Shown here piece by piece: positions 1 to 7,861 of a stretch of 32,000 bases of DNA; the stretch's first letter is position 1, and each line of letters opens with the position of its first letter. This stretch comes from an uncultured bacterium. GTDB taxonomy: Bacteria > Margulisbacteria > WOR-1 > CAVSGV01. The notes under the pieces were generated by a model. That model worked only from the letters and a program-made list of their open reading frames with translations, did not search any database and had not been told where the DNA came from. The position numbers and the translations under genes are program-made. The stretch spans positions 1,620,001 through 1,652,000 of the forward strand of contig OY969425.1 of NCBI GenBank assembly GCA_963699255.1, read 5' to 3'.

Positions 1-1
1 G

Positions 2-205
2 CTGCTGCATTCGCATCCCATTGACGCAAAAGAACATGATGATTGTTTTGCCTGCAATTGGGATTCGTGCGTACAGGCAGCATCGAACACCCCTGAAATC
101 TTGCTCGCAATCACATTCCTTATGTTTATTTTTCTACTTCCTTCGACTTCTCATCATCAATTTATTGCCCCGTGTTTTTCCTCCCGAGCCCCTCCATTGT
201 CCTAG
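2..205 (+). CDS. 3' part of a small His/Cys-rich secreted or membrane protein entering from the left edge; C-terminal residues LLHSHPIDAKEHDDCFACNWDSCVQAASNTPEILLAITFLMFIFLLPSTSHHQFIAPCFSSRAPPLS*
   Basis: Open in frame 2 from the window edge to TAG at 203-205. H/D/C-rich segment (HPIDAKEHDDCFACNWDSC) followed by a hydrophobic segment. Directly upstream of a metal-uptake locus. Not in the ORF track because its start lies outside the window. Confidence 0.4.
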   Translation: MLHSHPIDAKEHDDCFACNWDSCVQAASNTPEILLAITFLMFIFLLPSTSHHQFIAPCFSSRAPPLS

Positions 206-233
206 TTGATCGGCCCGAATATTCAATCAACTA
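203..233. promoter_or_regulatory. Perfect 8-bp inverted repeat TAGTTGAT-N15-ATCAACTA just upstream of the porin RBS
   Basis: Arms 203-210 and 226-233; RBS-like GGGAGG at about 238-243; ATG at 249. Operator function is inference. Confidence 0.4.
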
Positions 234-248
234 ACAAGGGAGGATACT

Positions 249-1315
249 ATGTCCAGGATAATGCTCTTATCGAGCATCTTAATAATATTATATTTTATGG
301 CATGTCCATACGTTCTTGCGGCAACGGATGTCAATTCGAAGTACGCGAACCCGGATATGTCCGTCAATTTTCTGACGCTCTATCAAAGCGGCAACAGGGG
401 TGGCAATTTAACGGATTTTCCGGGCGAGGCGAACGGGTTTTCATTGCAGGAAGCCGAACTGCAGTTCTTTTCGGACGTCGACCCGTATTTTCGCGCGAAT
501 GCTTTACTGTCCGTTAGCCAAAGCTCGCCGACCTCTGAATTCGGGATTGAGCCGGAAGAGGTTTTCGTTGAAACCACAAGCATACCCGATGTTACTTTCA
601 AGATAGGTAAGTTCAAGGCGTCGCTGGACCGGCAGAACCTGATGCACACTCACGCTCTTCCTTTCATTGACGCGTCGCTTATAGACCAAAGGATGGTAGG
701 CGACAGCCTGAACGAAGTCGGCGTTTCTGCGGCGGTCCTTATGCCCGTCAACTGGTTCAGCGAGGTGACGGTGCAGGCGCTCCAGGGACAGAACGAGATA
801 CTCTTCAACAGCACGAACAGGAACAGCCTGCCCAGCCTTCTTCACCTCAGAAATCTGTGGGACCTATCGGATGAGCTGACCATGGACTGGGGATTGACAG
901 GCCTTTACGGTGCAAACAGCTATGACAAGTACACGCATGTTTACGGTTCTGATGTTACTTTCAAGTGGCAGCCGCTCGAGGGCGGAAAATACAGGGCTCT
1001 CAACTTTACGCTGGAGTATTTGTCAGGCGATATATCCGGGGATCCTGACGGCGACTTCCTCAATGGAGCGTCGACATGGCTTCAGTACAAGTTCGCGGAG
1101 GAGTGGTGGGCGCAGACAAGATACGATTACGTCAACCAGCAGGGAGACATCCCGGCGCAGAGCAAGGAGAGCTACCTGATAGTTACTCCCCTTCGGAATT
1201 CTCCGGGTTCAGGCTTCAGTACGACCATCTGGACGATGGAATAAAACCCCCGGAAGACAAGATGTCTGTGCAGATGAACATCACGATCGGTGCGCATCCG
1301 GCGCATTCATATTAA
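249..1315 (+). CDS. Zinc/metal-uptake-associated outer membrane beta-barrel protein, disrupted by a frameshift near 1170-1187
   Basis: Frame from 249 has a signal peptide and barrel-like sequence but ends in an unlikely tail (IVTPLRNSPGSGFSTTIWTME). The other frame (ORF 1076-1315) supplies SPSEFSGFRLQYDHLDDG...KMSVQMNITIGAHPAHSY*, a typical C-terminus for this porin family. ORF 249-1244 plus ORF 1076-1315 make one gene. Confidence 0.75.
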
Positions 1316-1331
1316 AAAGGAGGAATTTATC

Positions 1332-2252
1332 ATGGTAAATATTATTAAATGTTCTGTAGCCGCTCTTTGTCTCTTTGCGGTGATGGCATCCACATCACAG
1401 GCAGAAACAAAGCTTAACGTGGTCACCACTACGCCCGACCTGGCCGTTATCGTTTCCGAGGTCGGAGGAAACTATGTTTCCGTTCAATCTCTCGCAAAAG
1501 GCACGCAGGATCCCCACTTTCTGGAGGCAAAGCCTTCTTTCATGGTAAAGGTGAACCGCGCGGACTTGGTCGTTTCGACCGGCCTTGAGCTTGAGATAGG
1601 CTGGCTGCCTCCCATACTGCAGGGGGCGAGGAACCCGAAAGTCATGCCGGGAAGCGCCGGTTATTTTGAGGCCGGCCCGTTCATAACGCCGATCGAAGTG
1701 CCGACGGCCAAGGTCACAAGGGCTGAAGGCGATATACATCCTTTTGGAAATCCGCATTTCATGCTTGATCCGATACGCGCGGGGCAGGTAGCTGTAGCTA
1801 TCGCTTCCCGTCTCGGCGAACTGGATGCGGACCATGCGGCTGTCTATAAGGAGAACGCTGAAAAACTAAAAGCTCGACTGGATAAAAAAACAAAGGGCTG
1901 GCAGGCAAGGATCAAGAAAGCTGGAGTGAACAAGATCATCACTTATCACAAGACGCTTAATTATTTCTGTGACCGGTTCGGCATAGATAATCCGATCAAC
2001 CTTGAGCCGAAGCCGGGGATCCCGCCTACGGCGCAGCACATACTGGATGTCATAAATGTCGCGAAGGAACAGAAAATTAAATTGATCCTGGTCGAGAATT
2101 TCTATGACGCTTCATTTGCCGACAGGGTGGTCCGTGAGGTGCCCGGTTCCAGGGCCGTGAGCGTACCCGTGGAAGTAGGCGGAAGCCCCTCGATAAAAAC
2201 TCTGGATGACCTTTATGAATATCTGGTTTCTGTCATTGAAGGAGGCAAATAA
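1332..2252 (+). CDS. znuA: Metal (zinc/manganese) ABC transporter substrate-binding protein, ZnuA/TroA family
   Basis: RBS AAAGGAGG followed by ATG at 1332 (the ORF track start at 1290 is upstream). Signal peptide, then TTTPDLAVIVSEVGG, HFLEAKPS, NPHFMLDP, GIPPTAQHI typical of the family. Confidence 0.88.
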   Translation: MVNIIKCSVAALCLFAVMASTSQAETKLNVVTTTPDLAVIVSEVGGNYVSVQSLAKGTQDPHFLEAKPSFMVKVNRADLVVSTGLELEIGWLPPILQGARNPKVMPGSAGYFEAGPFITPIEVPTAKVTRAEGDIHPFGNPHFMLDPIRAGQVAVAIASRLGELDADHAAVYKENAEKLKARLDKKTKGWQARIKKAGVNKIITYHKTLNYFCDRFGIDNPINLEPKPGIPPTAQHILDVINVAKEQKIKLILVENFYDASFADRVVREVPGSRAVSVPVEVGGSPSIKTLDDLYEYLVSVIEGGK

Positions 2253-2254
2253 TA

Positions 2255-3079
2255 ATGAAAGAAGCAGCACTTTTCCTTCTAGCCCCTTTTGTGATGTCGC
2301 TGATCCTGGCCGGGATCCACTGTTATCTGGGACTGCACGTACTTGAGAGGGGGATCATTTTTGTGGACCTGAGTCTTGCCCAGGTGGCGGCTTTCGGAAT
2401 TGCGCTGGGATTGCTGCTCGGCTTCCAGGTGCATTCATCGCCCGTTTACTTTTTGGCGCTCTTAATGACGTTCATCGCCTCCGGGGTATTTGCGCTCTCC
2501 CGGAGGCACGAGAGCGTATTCCCTCAAGAGGCGGTCATCGGTATCGTGTTCGCGCTGTCATCGGCCGCGGTTGTGGTGGCGGCGGAGAAGATGGCTCACG
2601 GCATGGAATACGTTAAGGACCTGCTGGCGGGGCAGATACTCTGGGTGACCTGGGGCGATGTTGCAAGGACAGCGTTCATCTATGCCATCGTCGGCGCCAT
2701 ACATTATATATATAGAAAACAATTCATTGACGCATCTTTCAATAAGGATGCTGAAGGGACGATGGTGTGGGATCTTCTGTTCTATGTCCTTTTCGGCATC
2801 GTGATAACATCGTCTGTGAGCATTGCGGGAGTTCTTCAGGTTTTTTCATATCTGATAGTGCCGTCCCTTATAAGCACTTATTTTTTCAAGACGATCAGAG
2901 AAAGATTGATGTTCGGGTGGGCTTTCGGCTTTGTAATGAGCTTTTTTGCTATGGCAGTTAGCTACAAATGGGATCTGCCGACAGGGCCGTTCATAGTTGT
3001 TTGCTTTGCGTCTGTGCCCGTCCTTCTTCTTATCTATACGTCTTTCAAATCGCTCATCGGATCGGTGAGTAAAATATGA
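2255..3079 (+). CDS. znuB: Metal ABC transporter permease, ZnuB/ABC-3 family
   Basis: Multi-TM protein with FVDLSLAQVAAFG and SYLIVPSLIST motifs of the ABC-3 permease family; starts 2 nt after znuA. Confidence 0.85.
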   Translation: MKEAALFLLAPFVMSLILAGIHCYLGLHVLERGIIFVDLSLAQVAAFGIALGLLLGFQVHSSPVYFLALLMTFIASGVFALSRRHESVFPQEAVIGIVFALSSAAVVVAAEKMAHGMEYVKDLLAGQILWVTWGDVARTAFIYAIVGAIHYIYRKQFIDASFNKDAEGTMVWDLLFYVLFGIVITSSVSIAGVLQVFSYLIVPSLISTYFFKTIRERLMFGWAFGFVMSFFAMAVSYKWDLPTGPFIVVCFASVPVLLLIYTSFKSLIGSVSKI

Positions 3080-3133
3080 GTTGAGGTAAATATTGATATA
3101 ATTTAAGCGTGATAGTGGCGGGAGTTCGGCTTC

Positions 3134-3150
3134 GCAGAGGCAAGCTCTGC
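3134..3150. repeat. Small hairpin GCAGAG-N5-CTCTGC
   Basis: Arms 3134-3139 and 3145-3150. Confidence 0.5.
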
Positions 3151-3174
3151 TCTTATCTCACTCCAAGCCATATA

Positions 3175-3236
3175 AAACCCCCTCTCATTCTCCCCCTTAG
3201 TAAGGGGGAGATGTCCCAAAGGGACAGAAGGGGTTT
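3175..3236. repeat. Nested palindromic intergenic element with two internal hairpins inside an outer stem
   Basis: Outer arms AAACCCC (3175-3181)/GGGGTTT (3230-3236); inner 11-bp perfect arms TCTCCCCCTTA-G-TAAGGGGGAGA (3189-3211); second hairpin TGTCCC-AAA-GGGACA (3212-3226). Confidence 0.8.
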
Positions 3237-3302
3237 GAGGTGAGGCGAAAAGAGCGAAGTTCATCTCCGCGAAATATAGATTTTTGCCTCATAATTAAGT
3301 GC

Positions 3303-3361
3303 ATAAATTTTAATCACCACAACCATTTTCTTAATGAATTTATATCCTCCGGATGTATAAT
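3303..3361 (+). promoter_or_regulatory. Candidate kdp promoter region: dyad ATAAATT/AATTTAT and TATAAT -10
   Basis: Dyad arms 3303-3309 and 3337-3343; TATAAT at 3356-3361; no good -35 at the expected spacing; kdpF ATG at 3391. Confidence 0.35.
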
Positions 3362-3390
3362 AAAATTCAATTTTATAAGAGAGGCACATA

Positions 3391-3474
3391 ATGGAACTTT
3401 ATATTTCGGGAATAATTGCGGTCGCGATGCTGGCATATCTGATATATGCCATGTTCAATCCCGAGAAATTCTAA
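3391..3474 (+). CDS. kdpF: KdpF, small membrane subunit of the K+-transporting ATPase (MELYISGIIAVAMLAYLIYAMFNPEKF)
   Basis: 27-aa single-TM peptide ending in the NPEKF-type tail, immediately upstream of kdpA. Absent from the ORF track because of its length. Confidence 0.88.
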   Translation: MELYISGIIAVAMLAYLIYAMFNPEKF

Positions 3475-3480
3475 GGTGGA

Positions 3481-5173
3481 ATGATCATGACAGCCGAGAT
3501 TCTTCAAATAGCTATCTATATTATTGCGCTCATAGTGCTTACGCCGATCCTCGGTACCTACATGGCGAAAGTATTCGTGGGCGAGAGAACGTTCATGACG
3601 CCGCTGGTCAGACCGATCGAAAAAACGATCTATAGCGTATGCGGTGTTGATGAGAACGAAGGGATGGACTGGAAGATCTTATACGTGGGCGGTCATCCTC
3701 TTTCATATAGTCGGATTTATTTTTCTTTTTATCATGCAGATATTTCAGGCCTGGCTTCCGCTTAATCCCAACCATATGCCGAATGTCCCTTGGGATCTCG
3801 CCCTCAATACGACGGTCAGTTTTGTAACAAATACCAACTGGCAGGCATACGGAGGCGAAACCACTTTAAGTTATTTATCTCAGATGCTCGGGCTTACGGT
3901 CCAGAATTTCCTGAGCGCCGCGAAAGGCATGGCGGTTTTCCTGGCTTTCGCCAGAGGACTGACGAATAAGGGAATCTCGACGCTGGGCAACTTCTGGGTC
4001 GACCTTGTCCGTTCATTATTATATGTGCTTCTTCCGCTTTCGATCATGCTTTCGATATTTCTTGCCGGGCAGGGTGTCGTGCAGACTTTTTCACCGAATG
4101 TCACGGCCATGACGATCCAGGGCGAAAAGCAGGTCCTTCCGCTCGGTCCCGCGGCTTCACAGGTCGCGATAAAACAGCTCGGCACGAACGGCGGGGGTTA
4201 TTACAATGCGAACAGCGCACATCCTTATGAGAATCCCACTCCTTTATCCAATTTTTTTGAAATGCTCGCGATATTATTGATCCCGGCTGCCCTGGTATAT
4301 ACATACGGCATAATGATAAAAAATAGGAAACACGCCTGGCTGATATTTTGTGTAATGCTCGGCATATGGGCTTTCGGCCTTGGAATTTCAATGTGGTCGG
4401 AATACGGCACCGCAACCGTTAAGACGATCACCGCACTTGAAGGGCAGGAGACAAGGTTCGGAGTGACCAACAGCCTTATCTGGGCAACGGCTACTACGTC
4501 CGCATCGAACGGTTCGGTGAACGCAATGCATTCATCGCTTTCCCCCATAGCAGGCGGGATAGCGATATTCAATATGATGCTTGGGGAGATAATATTCGGC
4601 GGCGTGGGTTCCGGCCTGTATGGGATGATCCTTTTCGTGATCCTTACGGTATTCCTTGCCGGGCTGATGGTGGGGAGAACTCCCGAATACCTGGGAAAGA
4701 AGATAGAGCAAAGGGAGGTTAAGATGGTGATCGCGGGGATACTTCTGCCGTCGATCATTCTTCTTATCGGAGCGGGAGTATCCTGCGTTCTGCCGCAGGC
4801 GCTTTCGAGTTTGTCAGCTAAAGGGCCTCACGGCTTCAGCGAGATCCTGTATGCTTTCACATCCGCCTCGGAAAACAACGGCAGCGCTTTCGCGGGACTG
4901 AACGCGAACACGGTATATTTCAACATATTTTTGAGCATCGCGATGCTGATAGGAAGGTTCGGGGTCATGATCCCCGTAATGATGATCGCCGGGAGCATGG
5001 CGGCAAAGAAGATCGCGCCTTTTTCAAGCGGCACTTTTTCGACCGACGATACCTTATTCGCGGTCCTGCTTGTGGGAGTTATCATCATTGTGGGGGTACT
5101 TACATTTTTCCCTGCATTATCTTTAGGCCCACTCATTGAGCACCTGCTGATGATCAAAGGACGGGTATTTTAA
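3481..5173 (+). CDS. kdpA: Potassium-transporting ATPase subunit KdpA, split by an apparent +1 frameshift near 3673-3680
   Basis: ORF 3481-3765 carries the KdpA N-terminus ([15 protein letters not shown]...GMDWK). ORF 3644-5173 continues with [31 protein letters not shown]...[15 protein letters not shown]. Likely true start is ATG 3487 given RBS AGGTGG. Confidence 0.88.
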
Positions 5174-7263
5174 TGACAAAAGAACAAGCGATAGACCAGA
5201 AGAAACTGATGTCACAGGCCCTCATCGATTCTTTCATTAAACTTAATCCGAAAGAAGAGATGAGGAATCCGGTCATGTTCATGACGCTGGTCGGCGCGGT
5301 GATGACATCAGCATATTTTATCAGCTTCCTTTTCAATGGGATCTTCGCCTCATTCGATCTGTGGATAAGCATCTGGCTGTGGTTCACCGTGTTGTTCGCT
5401 AATTTCGCGGAAGCGATCGCCGAGGGAAGAGGGAAAGCGCAGGCGGAATCTTTAAAGAGATCAAGGTCCGAGGTATTCGCCAGGCTTCTCAAGGATAACA
5501 AAGAAACAAAGGTCCCGGCGGGGACACTGAAGAAAGGCGACATCGTTGTTTGCGAGGCTGATGACATCATTCCCGCTGACGGAGAGGTGATAGAAGGGAT
5601 CGCAAGCGTGAATGAAGCCGCGATCACAGGTGAATCGGCTCCAGTCATCAGAGAAAGCGGCGGAGACAGAAGCGCCGTGACGGGCGGAACAAAAGTGATA
5701 AGCGACAGGATAGTCGTGATGATATCGGCAAATCCCGGGGGCAATTTCATAGACAGGATGATAGCTCTTATCGAAGGGGCAAAACGCCACAAGACCCCGA
5801 ACGAGATCGCGTTAAGCATTGTGCTGTCCGGCCTTTCGATAATATTCCTTCTTGCTGTTGTAACGCTTAAGTTATTTGCCGATTACAGCGGAGCGGCCGC
5901 GGGCCAGGACCTGTCAAATATCGTTACGATCCCCGTTCTGATCGCGCTTTTGGTCTGCCTCATCCCCACGACCATCGGAGGACTTCTCAGTTCGATCGGG
6001 ATAGCCGGAATGGACAGGCTGATCAGAAGGCATGTGATAGCAAAAAGCGGAAGAGCCGTTGAGGCGGCCGGCGACATCGATGTGCTTTTGCTGGACAAGA
6101 CCGGAACGATCACGCTGGGCAACCGCATGGCCCATGAGTTCATCCCGTCAAAAGACACGGACGAAGTTAACCTCGCGGAAGTCGCTCAGCTGTCGTCATT
6201 ATCTGATGAGACCCCCGAAGGCAGGTCTATCGTGGTCCTTGCAAAGGACAAATACGGCTTGCGCGGGTCGAATTTCCGCGAAAATGAGGTCAAGTTCGTA
6301 CCTTTCTCGGCGAACACCAAGATGAGCGGCATCGATTTTATTGATAAGGACGGAAAGGTGACCCGTTCAATACGGAAAGGCGCGGTCGACGCGATAAAAT
6401 CATACGCGGAGTCGTTCAAAAGGAAATTCCCGGTAGAGCTTGAGGGAGTGGTGAAAAACATCAGCAACAGCGGCGGGACCCCGTTGGCCGTTGCGGATGA
6501 TTTCCGCGTTTACGGGATAATCCATCTTAAGGATATAGTAAAAGGCGGAATAAAGGAGCGCTTCAGGGAGCTGAGAAAAATGGGGATTAAGACCGTAATG
6601 ATAACCGGGGATAATCCTCTTACTGCCGCGGCGATTGCCGCCGAAGCCGGCGTTGATGACTTTATCGCGCAGGCAACGCCCGAATCCAAGCTAGAGCGCA
6701 TCAGAAGCGAGCAGTCGAACGGACATCTTGTGGCAATGACGGGGGATGGCACGAACGATGCCCCCGCTCTCGCGCAGGCTGATGTTGGAGTAACGATGAA
6801 CACGGGAACGCAGGCGGCAAGGGAGGCCGGGAACATGGTGGACCTGGAAAGCAATCCCACAAAACTCATAGAGATCGTAGAAATAGGCAAACAGCTTCTC
6901 ATGACCAGAGGTGCGCTGACAACCTTCAGCATAGCGAATGATGTCGCGAAATATTTCGCCATAATCCCGGCGATATTCGGGTCGCTTTATGCCGAAGCGG
7001 GCAGTCCCGGTCCGCTTTCGATATTGAACATAATGAGGCTCCACTCTCCGCAAAGCGCGATAATGAGCGCCGTCATATTCAATGCGCTGATAATAATCGC
7101 TCTGATACCGCTGGCTTTAAAGGGCGTCACTTACAGGAGCGAAAGCGCGTCAAAGCTTCTTAGAAGAAACCTTTTGATATATGGCTTAGGCGGACTGATA
7201 GCTCCTTTTGTCGGGATAAAGATATTGGATGTCATGCTGGTGGCGTCGGGAATAATGCGTTGA
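5173..7263 (+). CDS. kdpB: Potassium-transporting P-type ATPase subunit B
   Basis: [13 protein letters not shown] phosphorylation site, [62 protein letters not shown]; TAATG overlap with kdpA. Confidence 0.97.
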   Translation: MTKEQAIDQKKLMSQALIDSFIKLNPKEEMRNPVMFMTLVGAVMTSAYFISFLFNGIFASFDLWISIWLWFTVLFANFAEAIAEGRGKAQAESLKRSRSEVFARLLKDNKETKVPAGTLKKGDIVVCEADDIIPADGEVIEGIASVNEAAITGESAPVIRESGGDRSAVTGGTKVISDRIVVMISANPGGNFIDRMIALIEGAKRHKTPNEIALSIVLSGLSIIFLLAVVTLKLFADYSGAAAGQDLSNIVTIPVLIALLVCLIPTTIGGLLSSIGIAGMDRLIRRHVIAKSGRAVEAAGDIDVLLLDKTGTITLGNRMAHEFIPSKDTDEVNLAEVAQLSSLSDETPEGRSIVVLAKDKYGLRGSNFRENEVKFVPFSANTKMSGIDFIDKDGKVTRSIRKGAVDAIKSYAESFKRKFPVELEGVVKNISNSGGTPLAVADDFRVYGIIHLKDIVKGGIKERFRELRKMGIKTVMITGDNPLTAAAIAAEAGVDDFIAQATPESKLERIRSEQSNGHLVAMTGDGTNDAPALAQADVGVTMNTGTQAAREAGNMVDLESNPTKLIEIVEIGKQLLMTRGALTTFSIANDVAKYFAIIPAIFGSLYAEAGSPGPLSILNIMRLHSPQSAIMSAVIFNALIIIALIPLALKGVTYRSESASKLLRRNLLIYGLGGLIAPFVGIKILDVMLVASGIMR

Positions 7264-7276
7264 ATAAGGATAGACA

Positions 7277-7852
7277 ATGAAAACATTAAGAACTTGTTTG
7301 ATGATATTTGCCACGACCGTTATATTAACGGGACTGATATATCCAGCCTTTATAACGATAATATCTCAAACCGCTTTCAAAGAAAAAGCTCAAGGAAGCA
7401 TTGTAAATGCCAATGGTAAAATGATCGGCTCATATCTGATCGCGCAAAAATTCGATAAGGACGGATATTTTTGGCCACGCCCATCGGCGGTCAGTTATGA
7501 TCCAATGCCTTCAGGAGGAAGCAATCTATCCGCGACAAGCAAGACTTTACAGGATACGATAAAAAAAAGAAAAAGGATATTGCTTTCGTCTGACAGAACA
7601 AAGAAAGAAATGCAGATACCGTCCGACATGATATATGCTTCCGGCTCCGGCCTTGACCCGCACATAAGCCCGGCTTCCGCCGTTTTTCAGGCGGACCGCG
7701 TCGCAAAAGCGAGGCGTATGGAAAAGGCAAATCTCATTGAGCTGATAATTAAGGCGACTGAAAAAAGAGACTTTTTGATCTTTGGCGAACCCAGGGTGAA
7801 CGTATTGAAGCTGAATCTGCTTTTGGATTCCACGGGGAAAAGAGTAAAATGA
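7277..7852 (+). CDS. kdpC: Potassium-transporting ATPase subunit KdpC
   Basis: TM N-terminus, then GSYLIAQKFDKDGYFWPRPSAVSYD...GSNLSATSK...SGLDPHISPASAVFQADRVAKAR, characteristic of KdpC. Confidence 0.95.
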   Translation: MKTLRTCLMIFATTVILTGLIYPAFITIISQTAFKEKAQGSIVNANGKMIGSYLIAQKFDKDGYFWPRPSAVSYDPMPSGGSNLSATSKTLQDTIKKRKRILLSSDRTKKEMQIPSDMIYASGSGLDPHISPASAVFQADRVAKARRMEKANLIELIIKATEKRDFLIFGEPRVNVLKLNLLLDSTGKRVK

Positions 7853-7861
7853 AAGGGAAGT

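Noticed and set aside
21-209. 62-aa ORF from the track at the left edge
   Set aside because: Overlaps the more protein-like His/Cys-rich frame 2 reading; looks like an out-of-frame artefact.
206-517. 103-aa ORF overlapping the porin start
   Set aside because: Out-of-frame reading of the porin gene and its 5' region, with no family features.
3175-3236. Ordinary rho-independent terminator for the zinc operon
   Set aside because: Strong stems exist but no T-tract follows the main GC-rich hairpin, and several nested hairpins are present. Kept as a repeat element instead.
3080-3390. K+ or c-di-AMP riboswitch upstream of kdp
   Set aside because: I could not match any conserved ydaO/kimA-type core by eye. 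An Infernal/Rfam scan would decide.
3240-3635. 131-aa plus-strand ORF MRRKERSSSPRN...
   Set aside because: Overlaps kdpF and the start of kdpA in another frame, and the composition is not protein-like.
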